From: Ilumatobacteraceae bacterium
GTDB taxonomy: Bacteria; Actinomycetota; Acidimicrobiia; Acidimicrobiales; Ilumatobacteraceae
Direction: 5' to 3'
Assembly: GCA_031370745.1 (NCBI GenBank)
Contig: JANMQX010000093.1
Span: 1-51,369 of the forward strand
DNA length: 51,369 nt
Both the position numbers and the translations under genes were made by a program. Position 1 is the first letter of the stretch. Each line of letters opens with the position of its first letter. Shown in pieces: positions 1 through 8,657 of this stretch. The notes under the pieces were generated by a model. That model searched no databases and had not been told where the DNA came from. It saw nothing but the letters and a program-made list of their open reading frames with translations.

Positions 1-956
1 CCGAAGGGTTCCTCGACCCGTTTGCGGATCCGTTGACTGACGTCGTAGCCGGCGTGGCGGGTGGTGCGCCCATCGATCGCCGATCGTCGTTTCGTCGTGT
101 TCTGGGCAACGTGCGGGGTGAAACCGGCGGAACGGACATCGGCAATGAAGCCTTTGGTGTCGTAGTTCTTGTCACCGGCCACGGTTCGTCGCCGTCGATG
201 CTTCGGGAGCCGCTTGAGCATCTCGGTCGCACAGTCCCGCTCGGCGTAACCGGTCGCTGTCGTGAGTTCCGCGTCAACGATCAACCCAGAGCGGTGCTCG
301 ATCAACAGGTGCCCGGCGTAGCAGAGCTGCGCCGCGGTGGTACTCGACTTGCGATACAACCGGGCCTCAGGATCCGTCGTTGAGGCGTGGGTGTCGTTCG
401 AGCGTTTCTGGCCGTGCCATTGCACTTCGGCATTGCGACCCGCCGGGCTGTCACCGGACGGGTCGTGGTCCTTGGGCTTGAAACTCTTATGTGATGCCCA
501 CGCCTCCAACAACGTCCCGTCCACACTGAAGTGATCCGACGAGATGTAGCGGCGAAGCTTGGCCTGGCGGACCACCGCAGCGAAGAACTCGTCCGCGACA
601 TCGGCATCGAGAAGACGCCGACGGTTCTTCGAGAACGTCGACGCATCAAACGATGCCGCATCGATCGGCAGGTCGAGGAACCATTTGAACAACATGTCGT
701 AGTTCAACCGTTCGCAAAACGCCCGCTCAGACCGCATCGAGTACATCGCCATCAACACCGTTGACTTCAACAACATCTCCGGCGGCACCGACGGCCGACC
801 CTCAGCGGAGTACATCGCTGCGAAGATGTCGTTGAGTTCGGCGAGCACCATGTCGACCACGACACGGATCCGACGGATCGGATGCCCTGCCGGAATCAGA
901 TCCTCCGTGCTCAACGAACTCAACAACGCCAACTGCCGATCAGGGGTTCCACGCAT
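1..956 (-). CDS. IS5-family DDE transposase (3' end lies beyond the window edge)
   Basis: Absent from the ORF track because it has no stop inside the window. Own translation from ATG (complement of 954-956) is open for 318 codons: MRGTPDRQLALLSSLSTEDLIPAGHPIRRIRVVVDMVLAELNDIFAAMYSAEGRPSVPPEMLLKSTVLMAMYSMRSERAFCERLNYDMLFKWFLDLPID...WHGQKRSNDTHASTTDPEARLYRKS...VAGDKNYDTKGF. This is an InsH/DUF772-type N-terminus plus a DDE core, typical of IS5-family elements. Confidence 0.85.
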   Translation of the reverse strand, partial: MRGTPDRQLALLSSLSTEDLIPAGHPIRRIRVVVDMVLAELNDIFAAMYSAEGRPSVPPEMLLKSTVLMAMYSMRSERAFCERLNYDMLFKWFLDLPIDAASFDASTFSKNRRRLLDADVADEFFAAVVRQAKLRRYISSDHFSVDGTLLEAWASHKSFKPKDHDPSGDSPAGRNAEVQWHGQKRSNDTHASTTDPEARLYRKSSTTAAQLCYAGHLLIEHRSGLIVDAELTTATGYAERDCATEMLKRLPKHRRRRTVAGDKNYDTKGFIADVRSAGFTPHVAQNTTKRRSAIDGRTTRHAGYDVSQRIRKRVEEPF

Positions 957-1023
957 CCCCCCATTCTTTTCGATCCAGCAGCAAAACGCGAGCACCAATC
1001 GAGGTTTTTCATCACCCTGTTAA
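1..1023 (-). mobile_element. Partial IS5-family insertion sequence (one end only)
   Basis: Transposase CDS plus about 70 nt of upstream non-coding sequence. The right boundary is only a guess, placed near TTAA at 1020-1023. The second end and any target duplication lie outside the window, so inverted repeats cannot be verified. Confidence 0.5.
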
Positions 1024-1122
1024 GGCCACCTTTCGACGGCCGAATCGACTTCAGTCGCGAATGCTCCGGCCCATCCGATCATTTCGTGGATTGATCGCCG
1101 AAAGCCGCCCCGACCCGGCTGC

Positions 1123-1446
1123 TCAGCGACCCTTGACTCGCACCTCGACAGTCTCGATCGTGGCGCCAGCGACCTCGAGCAACCGTTGCTTCAACGTGGT
1201 TTCCAAGAAGCGCAGCTGTGTGGCCCAGGCGGGGTCATCAACCTCGACGATCAACGTCGTAGCGTCGAGCTTCACCGGCTTCACATGTGCCGCCACCGCA
1301 TCGCCGACGGCCTCGGCCCAGCGCCCGAAGACACCGCTCATCTGGCTCGCCATCTGGCTCGACGACACCGCGTCGGACGAATCGTTGCGCAGCGACCGGA
1401 TCACCGAGTTGAGACTGTCGCCAATCGGCATCGGGTCACGACTCAC
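1123..1446 (-). CDS. DUF721 / DciA-like protein (conserved partner downstream of recF)
   Basis: 107 aa: MSRDPMPIGDSLNSVIRSL...VKPVKLDATTLIVEVDDPAWATQLRFLETTLKQRLLE. The pattern 'L.V.v.s.aWa.eL' is typical of DUF721. Start overlaps the recF stop by 4 nt. Position after recF is as in other actinobacteria. Confidence 0.8.
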   Translation of the reverse strand: MSRDPMPIGDSLNSVIRSLRNDSSDAVSSSQMASQMSGVFGRWAEAVGDAVAAHVKPVKLDATTLIVEVDDPAWATQLRFLETTLKQRLLEVAGATIETVEVRVKGR

Positions 1447-2522
1447 GACATCACCATGCCAGCTTCGATGTGCAAAATCGCATCGGGATGGGCAGCTTCA
1501 GGCAGCACGCCGGCTGTTGTCAACACGACCTGGCCCGGTGGAAGATTTCGAAGCAGCGCCTCGCATCGTCCGGGGTCGAGCTCGCTCAGCACATCGTCGA
1601 GCACCAGCACGGGCGCACTGCCGGCCTTGTCGGTCACCAAGCGGTGAGCCCCCAATCGCAGAGCCAGCGCCAGAGTCCGCTGCTCGCCCTGGGAAGCGTG
1701 GGTGCGCGCCGGCATGCCGTTGATGAACAACTCGAGGTCGTCGCGATGCGGGCCAACACTCGACACCGCGCGCCGTACATCATCACCACGTGCCTCGGCA
1801 AGGGCGACGCCCAGGCCACGATGTCGCCACGGGGGTTCGTAGCGCAGCTCGATGCTGGTCGGTCGGTCGGCGAGTTGTTCGTAGGCCAGTCCGACGAGAG
1901 GCGTGAGGCGGGCAACCAAGACGGCGCGAGCGTGACCGAACTGATCACCGACTTCGGCCATCTTCGAATCCCACACATCGAGCGTCATCGCCGCGTCCTC
2001 GTTGAGTCGACCGCCGACCTGTTTCAGCAACATGTTGCGTTGCTTGACGATTCGATCGAGCTCCAGTCGCAGAGCGTCGTACTTCAGGGCCAAAGCGACC
2101 AGCACATCGTCCAAGAACCGGCGCCGGCCACCCGGGCCTTCCTTCACTACCGAGAGATCGTCGGGAGAGAACACCGTGACTCGCATGATTCCAAGGAGGT
2201 CGCGAGCCCGCCCAAGTTTCTGCCGATTGACGAGCACGCGATTGCGTCCATTTCTGCTGAGCTCCAACTCGACGAGGACCTGGCGACCGTCGTCATGCAG
2301 GACCGTGGCCCGAACGACAGCAGATTCGGCGCCGACGCGTATCAAGGCGTCGAGCGGTGCCCCACGAAAGCTGTCGAGCGTGGCCAGGTAAGCCATTGCC
2401 TCTGCCAGGTTTGTCTTGCCCTGTCCATTGAGCCCGACCACCGCTGTCGTGCCCGGTTGAAAGTCGAACGCCGCGTGTGCATAGTTACGAAAATCCACCA
2501 GCTCGAGCCGCGCGACGATCAC
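1443..2522 (-). CDS. recF: DNA replication/repair protein RecF
   Basis: VIVARLELVDFRNYAHAAFDFQPGTTAVVGLNGQGKTNLAEAMAYLATLDSFRG (Walker A) plus C-terminal VLVLDDVLSELD. Track ORF runs to 2642. I place the start at GTG 2522 (V41 of the track ORF), 3 nt downstream of the dnaN stop codon (2528-2530). Confidence 0.93.
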   Translation of the reverse strand: MIVARLELVDFRNYAHAAFDFQPGTTAVVGLNGQGKTNLAEAMAYLATLDSFRGAPLDALIRVGAESAVVRATVLHDDGRQVLVELELSRNGRNRVLVNRQKLGRARDLLGIMRVTVFSPDDLSVVKEGPGGRRRFLDDVLVALALKYDALRLELDRIVKQRNMLLKQVGGRLNEDAAMTLDVWDSKMAEVGDQFGHARAVLVARLTPLVGLAYEQLADRPTSIELRYEPPWRHRGLGVALAEARGDDVRRAVSSVGPHRDDLELFINGMPARTHASQGEQRTLALALRLGAHRLVTDKAGSAPVLVLDDVLSELDPGRCEALLRNLPPGQVVLTTAGVLPEAAHPDAILHIEAGMVMS

Positions 2523-2527
2523 GTCTC

Positions 2528-3622
2528 CTACGGCACCCGCACGGGCATCAACAAGTACAGGTAGTCGCCCTTGCCAACTCCCCTGACGACTGCCGGCTTC
2601 AGCGAGTCGAGTGTGGACAGGGTGATCGAATCCGTCGAGCATGCTTCGACGCCGGACGCGAAGTACTCGGGGTTGAAGGCGACGGTCAGTTCAGTGCCCT
2701 CGTACGTTGCGTCGAGTTCTTCTGAAGCGTTGCCGACATCCTGCGTGATCGCAGTCAGCCGCAGCGTGTCACCACCCATTTGCAACCGCACCGGAGTCGC
2801 ATCTTTGGCGAGGATCTTGACGCGGCGGATGGCCTCGAGCAACGGTTCGCGTTCGACTGTCAATGTGTTTGGATGACTGAGGGGGATCAGTTGACGATAG
2901 TTGGGGAACTCGCCTTCGATGAGCCGCGTCGATAGCCGCGTGCCACCGACTTCGAACGTCGCATCGCGATCGCCCAGCCGCATGGTCAACTCTTCGCCGC
3001 CGCCAACGAGCCGTTGCAACTCGTTGAGCGCCCGGCCGGGAACGAGCACCTTTTGATCGGCACCGAGCACTTGGTGATCGGCGAGATCACGAACGGCGAG
3101 TCGATAGGAATCTGTGGCAACCATCCGCAAGCCGCCGTTCTCAGCAGTCAACAACACCCCGGTCAGGATCGGCCTCGCCTCGTCGGTGCTGGCGGCGCGA
3201 ACAACTTGCCGCAACGCTTCACCCACGGCCGCGGCAGGCAACGTCACCAACGAAGCCGACGGCGTGGCCAACTTGGGATAGTCGTCGAACGACAGAGGCC
3301 GCACACTGAACTGCGACCGTCCTGCGCTGATGTTGACCTCGTCGCCGTCGACGGCAACCTCGACCTTGCCTGCGCCCATCGAACGCACGATGTCAGCTGC
3401 CAGTCGAGCCGGCAGCACCACGCCACCATCGCCATCGCCACCAACGGTGAGCGTCAATTGGATCGTCAGATCAAGATCGGTGCCGGTGATGCTCAACTGG
3501 TCGCCGACGAGTTCGAGGCGTACGCCCGAGAGCACCGGAAGTGCCCCGGTACGACCGGTAGCAGCACGTCCTGCGGTGGAGAGCGCTTCGGCGAGAGCTT
3601 CGCGTTCGCAACGGAACTTCAC
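2528..3622 (-). CDS. dnaN: DNA polymerase III beta sliding clamp
   Basis: VKFRCEREALAEALSTAGRAATGRTGALPVLSGVRLELVGDQLSITGTDLDLTI... is a typical DnaN N-terminus. GTG at 3622 is preceded by GAGAAAGG. The track extension to 3829 would read through the AT-rich origin spacer. Confidence 0.95.
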   Translation of the reverse strand: MKFRCEREALAEALSTAGRAATGRTGALPVLSGVRLELVGDQLSITGTDLDLTIQLTLTVGGDGDGGVVLPARLAADIVRSMGAGKVEVAVDGDEVNISAGRSQFSVRPLSFDDYPKLATPSASLVTLPAAAVGEALRQVVRAASTDEARPILTGVLLTAENGGLRMVATDSYRLAVRDLADHQVLGADQKVLVPGRALNELQRLVGGGEELTMRLGDRDATFEVGGTRLSTRLIEGEFPNYRQLIPLSHPNTLTVEREPLLEAIRRVKILAKDATPVRLQMGGDTLRLTAITQDVGNASEELDATYEGTELTVAFNPEYFASGVEACSTDSITLSTLDSLKPAVVRGVGKGDYLYLLMPVRVP

Positions 3623-3845
3623 AGGGGGGCCTTTCTCACAATGAGATGTTGTATAAAGGTAATAAAGGTAATAAGGGCTGTGGACTGTGCATAAGTCGCT
3701 GATCGGCCAGCGTAGGGGTCCGAACTGCGTCCCCATGTGTATCCCCCGCCGTGCACAGGCCAGAAATGACACATTTGTGGTTCGGTGGACAGTGTTGGTG
3801 TTGTCCCCGCATTGCTGGCCGTCATCCACACGACACCCACAGCCA
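3623..3845. other. Candidate oriC (dnaA-dnaN intergenic): AT-rich unwinding element plus DnaA boxes
   Basis: AT-rich tandem TATAAAGGTAATAAAGGTAATAAGG (3652-3676), read as TAA AGG TAA TAA AGG TAA TAA (3654-3674). It is followed by GGGC (3675-3678) and TGTGGACTG (3679-3687). Further box-like 9-mers: GGTGGACAG 3784-3792, TTGTCCCCG 3801-3809, TCATCCACA 3822-3830. Confidence 0.6.
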
Positions 3846-5213
3846 CTATGCCTTCTTCAGCCGCTGCACGAGATCGGTGACTTGGTCGTAGATCTGCTTG
3901 CGTTCTTTCATCAGCCGTTGGATCTTGTCGACGGCGTGGATCACGGTGGTGTGGTCGCGGCCGCCGAACAGTCGAGCGATCGCCGGGTAACTCAGATCGG
4001 TGAGCTCGCGGAAGACGTACATCGCCATCTGTCGAGCGGTGACGAGCGGTCGCTGCCGGCTCTTGCCGCGTAGCGCCTCGACGCTGTGGCCGAGGATGAC
4101 AGCCATCTCGCTGAGCAGTTCGTCGTCGGTACGCGGCTTGACGTAGGTGTCGCTCATGAGGTCGCTGAGCAGCTGCTCGGCGAGGTGCGTGCTGATGGGC
4201 ACGTGGTTCAAGCTGGCGTACGCGGTGACGCGGATGAGAGCGCCTTCGAGTTCACGAATGTTGGTCGTGATTCGTGACGCGATCAGTTCGAGAGTCTCGG
4301 AAGGAACCGGACTGTGATCACGCTCGGCCTTGTTGCGCAAGATCGCCAGCCGGGTTTCGAGATCGGGTGGCTGAATGTCGGTGATCAAGCCCCACTTGAA
4401 CCTGCCGCGAAGCCGTTCCTCCAGCGTAGGAATGGCGTCGGGCATGCGATCGCTGGATATCACGATCTGCTTGTTTGCCCCGTGCAGCGAGTTGAAGGTG
4501 TGGAAGAACTCCTCCTGCAGACCCTCTTTGCCTTCCATTAACTGGATGTCGTTGATCAGCAGGACGTCGATGTCGCGATAGCGACGCTTGAAGTTTGCGA
4601 TCGTGTTTGTACGGATGCCGTCGACGTATTCGTTGAGGAAGGTTTCGGTGCTGACATAGCGAACGATGTCGTGTTGGTAGTGACTGTGCACGTAGTGCCC
4701 GATGGCGTGCAGCAGGTGAGTTTTGCCCAGGCCGGCATTCCCATAGATGAACAACGGGTTGTACGACCGGCCCGGTGTTTCAGCGACGCGCAGCGCGGCG
4801 GCGAGCGCAAATTGGTTCGATGCGCCTTTGACGAACGCCTCGAAGGTGTAACGCGGATTCATGCCGCCGCTCGAAGCCGGGATGGCCGAGCCGCTCCTGC
4901 CGGTATTTGCGGTCGGCTCGGTCGCTGCGTCGGGGACTTCGACGAACTCTTGCTCGGCGGCGTCGGCGACCTGCACCTCGACGACGAATTGGCGGTTCGC
5001 CGCACCGATTTCCTCCAAGGCATCGCGCACCAAGGGCAAGTAACGCGACAAGATGCGGTCGCGGGTGTGCCCGTTCGGGGCCCCGACGCGCAGCATCGAC
5101 GGATCGCTGTCGAGGGCAGTCACATCTTGGAAGGTCGAGAACCACACCGCTTCGGACACTTGGGCTCGTAGCAGTTGGGCTACGGCTGTCCACAACTGGT
5201 CATGGTCGCTCAC
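3846..5213 (-). CDS. dnaA: Chromosomal replication initiator DnaA
   Basis: Walker A GNAGLGKTHLLHAIG and C-terminal DNA-binding signature RQMAMYVFRELTDLSYPAIARLFGGRDHTTVIHAVDKI. Start placed at GTG 5213 (VSDHDQLWTAV...), 5 nt after GGGAGG. The track TTG at 5252 would overlap the DnaA boxes. Confidence 0.96.
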   Translation of the reverse strand: MSDHDQLWTAVAQLLRAQVSEAVWFSTFQDVTALDSDPSMLRVGAPNGHTRDRILSRYLPLVRDALEEIGAANRQFVVEVQVADAAEQEFVEVPDAATEPTANTGRSGSAIPASSGGMNPRYTFEAFVKGASNQFALAAALRVAETPGRSYNPLFIYGNAGLGKTHLLHAIGHYVHSHYQHDIVRYVSTETFLNEYVDGIRTNTIANFKRRYRDIDVLLINDIQLMEGKEGLQEEFFHTFNSLHGANKQIVISSDRMPDAIPTLEERLRGRFKWGLITDIQPPDLETRLAILRNKAERDHSPVPSETLELIASRITTNIRELEGALIRVTAYASLNHVPISTHLAEQLLSDLMSDTYVKPRTDDELLSEMAVILGHSVEALRGKSRQRPLVTARQMAMYVFRELTDLSYPAIARLFGGRDHTTVIHAVDKIQRLMKERKQIYDQVTDLVQRLKKA

Positions 5214-5274
5214 CTGCACCTCCCTTCCTGACTTCAATCGTTGTCCACACAATTGTCCACATCATGTGGACAAT
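5186..5274. promoter_or_regulatory. DnaA-box cluster upstream of dnaA (autoregulation and/or second origin half)
   Basis: Perfect TTGTCCACA at 5241-5249 and 5253-5261. Perfect inverted TGTGGACAA at 5266-5274. CTGTCCACA at 5186-5194, just inside the dnaA 5' end. Confidence 0.75.
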
Positions 5275-5525
5275 TCAATCCTGCGGGAGGAAGGCACGCT
5301 AGCAGGCCCAGAGAAGTCGTCTTCACGGCGCCTCGCGACCGGATGGCTGACCAGGTAGGGGCTGTCCGGGTTGTCAGACCTGTGCCGACGGTTGCGATGC
5401 GACGGTATCTCGCCCTAGCCTGAGCGTCTGGCCGGGTTAGCCGAGAAGTTGCGGCGTTCCTTTCCATATTCTCATTTGCCATCGAAAGTGCTGCTCACCG
5501 TGTGTGCGTAGCCGAGGAGGGTTGC

Positions 5526-5660
5526 GTGAAGCGCACCTACCAACCGAACAATCGTCGCCGCGCCAAGAAGCACGGCTTCCGCCATCGGATGAGCACCCGC
5601 GCCGGGCGAGCCGTGCTGAAGGCACGTCGCGCCAAGGGCCGGCACAGCCTGTCGGCTTGA
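5526..5660 (+). CDS. rpmH: 50S ribosomal protein L34
   Basis: Own translation from GTG 5526: [51 protein letters not shown] lies 5 nt upstream. The track does not list it as a separate ORF. Confidence 0.95.
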   Translation: MKRTYQPNNRRRAKKHGFRHRMSTRAGRAVLKARRAKGRHSLSA

Positions 5661-5974
5661 TCTGGCGTATCCGGGAACGCAGCGCGTTTACGCGCCTGGC
5701 CGATGAGGGCCGGCGAATCCGGGCCGGAGTCCTGTGGTGTACATACATCCCCGATCCTGTTGCAACCCCACCGAGGGTGGCCTACGCACTCGGTCGCGCC
5801 ATCGGACCAGCCGTGGTTCGCAATCGCCTGCGGCGTCGATTGAGGGCCCTGCTGACCGCGACAACGCTTCCACCCGGCTTCTATCTGATCGGCGCCCAAC
5901 CCATCGCAGCACAGCGATCCAGAGGCGAACTGGAGTTCGATCTCCGCAGGCTCGTGGCATCGGTAGGTGGCTGA
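5657..5974 (+). CDS. rnpA: Ribonuclease P protein component
   Basis: [66 protein letters not shown]. Start taken as TTG 5657, overlapping the rpmH stop (TTGA). The upstream part of track ORF 5504-5974 overlaps rpmH and looks spurious. Confidence 0.85.
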   Translation: MIWRIRERSAFTRLADEGRRIRAGVLWCTYIPDPVATPPRVAYALGRAIGPAVVRNRLRRRLRALLTATTLPPGFYLIGAQPIAAQRSRGELEFDLRRLVASVGG

Positions 5975-6177
5975 TTGCCCTGGTCACACAGTATCAACGG
6001 GCTTTCGCGGGTCGTCCGTCCCCATGTCGGTTCACGCCATCGTGTTCTTCGTACGCACTCGAGGCCCTCAACGTTCACGGCACCTACCGTGGAATCTGGC
6101 TGACCGTGCGCCGCTTCGTCCGTTGCCGACCATTCGGCCCGTCGGGGTACGACCCCGTGCCCGAAGGAAAGAGATAA
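5959..6177 (+). CDS. yidD: Membrane protein insertion efficiency factor YidD
   Basis: [65 protein letters not shown] is the YidD signature. Start unresolved: the only in-frame codons near the conserved N-terminus are ATC 5959, CTG 5971 and ATT 5974. The track ATG 5734 would overlap rnpA by 240 nt. Confidence 0.8.
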   Translation: MGRWLIALVTQYQRAFAGRPSPCRFTPSCSSYALEALNVHGTYRGIWLTVRRFVRCRPFGPSGYDPVPEGKR

Positions 6178-6181
6178 CCCC

Positions 6182-7195
6182 ATGATCGCCGGCCTTTTCG
6201 AGCCGCCCGCAGCATTGCTGGCCTGGTTCTACAGCTTGACCCATAACTACATCATCGCCATCTCGATGATCGCCCTGGTGATCATGATCATCACCGCTCC
6301 ATTGGTGTTGAAGAGCACCAAGGGAATGCTGGAGATGCAAAAGCTGCAACCAGAGATGCGCAAGCTGCAACAGGAGCACCGCGGCGACCGCCAGAAATTG
6401 AACGAAGAGATGATGAAGCTGTACCAGCAGCACAAGGTCAACCCGATGGCTTCGTGCTTTCCGCTGCTGTTGCAAATGCCGGTGTTCATCATCATGTACC
6501 GGGTGTTGCGCGGTCTCAGCCACGGCGGCGAGGTGACCGGGTTCAAACCGCAGTACGTTTCGACCAGCTCCAAGCTCTACCAGTCGCTGGTCGGTAAGCA
6601 CGAGATGCTTGCTTGGGGGCTCGACTTGGCCAAGCGTCCGTCTGAAGTGATTTCCCAGTCGTTCGGCAAGGGTCTCGTCTACGCCTTGATCGTGGTCACC
6701 CTCGGGGTGCTTTATTACGTGCAGCAGAAGATGGTCGCCGCTCGTGCGCAGGTCGCGCCGAACATGTCGGAGACGCAGGCCAAGCTCATGCAGTACCTGC
6801 CGGTCGTGTTCGCCGTGTTCTTGGTCTTCTATCTCACAGGATTGGTGATCTACTACATGGCCCAGGCCATCTTCCGGATTGGCCTGCAGTACTACATCAC
6901 CCATCGCTTCTACAAGGGTGAGCACTCTCTGGGTCGCCAGGCGCAGGCCGCCGGCGAGCGGGCCCGTGAGATCGCCAAGAAAGATGGCGGCGGGGGCGGC
7001 ATGTTCGCCCAAGCAAAGCGCCAACTGGGCGAGGCCAAGCAAGCTCCGGCCAAGCAGGCTGCGACGAAACCGCCGACAGTCAGTAAGCGTGTCACTCCCC
7101 CGAAGAACCGTCCGACGTCAGCAAATGGCACGATCCGCCCAGCCTCTACCGGCAAGTCGGTCCGGCCAAACAGCGCACGTCCCAAGAAGAAGTAA
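6182..7195 (+). CDS. yidC: Membrane protein insertase YidC (short Gram-positive type, basic C-tail)
   Basis: MIAGLFEPPAALLAWFYSL...LQPEMRKLQQEHRGDRQKLNEEMMKLYQQHKVNPMASCFPLLLQMPVFIIMYRVL is the YidC/Oxa1 core. Lys/Arg/Pro-rich tail. Confidence 0.93.
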   Translation: MIAGLFEPPAALLAWFYSLTHNYIIAISMIALVIMIITAPLVLKSTKGMLEMQKLQPEMRKLQQEHRGDRQKLNEEMMKLYQQHKVNPMASCFPLLLQMPVFIIMYRVLRGLSHGGEVTGFKPQYVSTSSKLYQSLVGKHEMLAWGLDLAKRPSEVISQSFGKGLVYALIVVTLGVLYYVQQKMVAARAQVAPNMSETQAKLMQYLPVVFAVFLVFYLTGLVIYYMAQAIFRIGLQYYITHRFYKGEHSLGRQAQAAGERAREIAKKDGGGGGMFAQAKRQLGEAKQAPAKQAATKPPTVSKRVTPPKNRPTSANGTIRPASTGKSVRPNSARPKKK

Positions 7196-7203
7196 GGACC
7201 ACC

Positions 7204-8046
7204 ATGGAATGGGTCGAGTTCACAGCACGTACGCTCGAGGAGGCCAAAGACCTGGCTCTCGATCGCTTGGGTGTGGCCGCCGACGACGCCGAGTTCGAGG
7301 TCTTGGCCGAGCCAAAGCCTGGTCTCTTCGGCAGACTACGCGGCGAGGCCAGGGTGCGCGCCAGAGTGCGGCCGGCCCAGGCTCGCCAGAAGGTGGAGCG
7401 ACGTGATCGCCGACCACGCAAGAGCGAAGGTGGAGACGCGGCGCCGAAGCCCGCCAGGCCACGCGCTCCCGCGGCGCCGAAGCCCCCCGCGAAGCCTCGC
7501 CAGGCTGCAGCGAACACCGATGTTGTTTCCGAGGAGATGCCGGTGAGGACGACCCAGAAGCCAATGAGGGAGCAACAGGACGTGAGTGCACAACAGGTCG
7601 GCGACGAGGCCCGCAAGTTCATCGATGAATTGGTCGCCGCGTTTGCGTTGACCGGCACCACCGAGCTGATCGAGGACGGTGACGATCTCGAGATCCGCGT
7701 CCATGGTGACAACCTCGGTCTGTTGGTTGGCCCGCGCGGCACGACCTTGCAAGCTGTGCAGGATCTTGCCCGCGTCGCGTCGCAGCGACGACTCGGCGAT
7801 CATGACACTCGGCTGCGCGTCGACATCGGTGGATATCGCCAGCGGCGCAAAGAAGCGCTGGATCGTTTCGCCGTGCAGATGGCCGACGAGGTCAAGCAGT
7901 CCGGTGTGGCCCGGGTCCTCGAGCCGATGTCGTCCGCCGATCGCAAGATCGTGCACGACGCCTTGAGTGAGGTAGAAGGAATTGGCACCCGCTCCGAAGG
8001 CGACGATCCGTACCGGCGTGTGGTCATCACGCCGGCCAATGACTGA
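7204..8046 (+). CDS. jag: Jag/KhpB-type RNA-binding protein (Jag_N, KH, R3H)
   Basis: MEWVEFTARTLEEAKDLALDRLGV..., central basic/Pro-rich linker, then LEIRVHGDNLGLLVGPRGTTLQAVQDLARV (KH) and SSADRKIVHDALSEVEGIGTRSEGDDPYRRVVITP (R3H). Confidence 0.9.
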   Translation: MEWVEFTARTLEEAKDLALDRLGVAADDAEFEVLAEPKPGLFGRLRGEARVRARVRPAQARQKVERRDRRPRKSEGGDAAPKPARPRAPAAPKPPAKPRQAAANTDVVSEEMPVRTTQKPMREQQDVSAQQVGDEARKFIDELVAAFALTGTTELIEDGDDLEIRVHGDNLGLLVGPRGTTLQAVQDLARVASQRRLGDHDTRLRVDIGGYRQRRKEALDRFAVQMADEVKQSGVARVLEPMSSADRKIVHDALSEVEGIGTRSEGDDPYRRVVITPAND

Positions 8047-8578
8047 CGACTCAGAGCTACTTGCCGCACTGGCGGTGATTCAGGCCCGCGGCGCGATCGG
8101 CGAGAGCTCGATGGTGAGGGCCGTGTCGCACGCCGATCGGTTTGTCGAGTTGATTCCAGCGGGTCGTCGTTCGCTGGTCGATCTTGGTTCGGGCGGGGGC
8201 TTGCCTGCACTCGTGATCGCCTGGCGGCGAGCTGATGTTGTTGTGACGATGGTCGAACGGCGGGCCTCCCGAGCCGATCTGCTTCGGCGGGCGGTTGCAT
8301 CGTTGCGGCTCGGCGAGCGCACCAGGGTCTTGAATTTGGATGTCGCACGAATGGCCAGCGATTCACCACACAGCTTCGATGTCGTCACTGCGCGCAGCTT
8401 TGGCGACGTCACGATCACCGCTCGATACGTTGGGATGCTCCTTGTTGACGGCGGCGTCGGTCTCGTCAGCGAACCTCCAACCGACCGGACCGAGGTCTGG
8501 ACCTCGGTCCTCGATGATCAGCCATCGCTCGTCGATGGGGGTATCTACCAGGGCATTCGGCGCTTGCTGAAGGTCTGA
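8039..8578 (+). CDS. rsmG: 16S rRNA (guanine527-N7)-methyltransferase RsmG
   Basis: MTDDSELLAALAVIQARGAIG...LVDLGSGGGLPALVIAW (SAM motif). ATG 8039 overlaps the jag stop by 8 nt. The track start 7982 lies inside jag. Confidence 0.9.
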   Translation: MTDDSELLAALAVIQARGAIGESSMVRAVSHADRFVELIPAGRRSLVDLGSGGGLPALVIAWRRADVVVTMVERRASRADLLRRAVASLRLGERTRVLNLDVARMASDSPHSFDVVTARSFGDVTITARYVGMLLVDGGVGLVSEPPTDRTEVWTSVLDDQPSLVDGGIYQGIRRLLKV

Positions 8579-8611
8579 CACCGCAATGGAACCAGCTTGG
8601 TTCACAGGGTT

Positions 8612-8627
8612 GGTTTCACGTGAAACA
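8612..8627. promoter_or_regulatory. parS centromere site 1
   Basis: GGTTTCACGTGAAACA matches the tGTTTCACGTGAAACa consensus at 15 of 16 positions. Located in the rsmG-parA spacer. Confidence 0.85.
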
Positions 8628-8657
8628 GTTCCGATGAGCCAGTGCGTGGTGCACGAT

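Noticed and set aside
3623-3829. Upstream extension of the dnaN track ORF across the dnaA-dnaN spacer
   Set aside because: It would translate the AT-rich origin element (..SPYYLYYLYTTSHCEK..). The conserved DnaN N-terminus starts at GTG 3622, which has an RBS.
6068-7042. 324-aa ORF antisense to yidC
   Set aside because: It is a mirror-image ORF of a strongly recognisable gene. Its composition is dominated by Leu/His/Gln/Asp runs with no motif. Open antisense frames are expected at this GC content.
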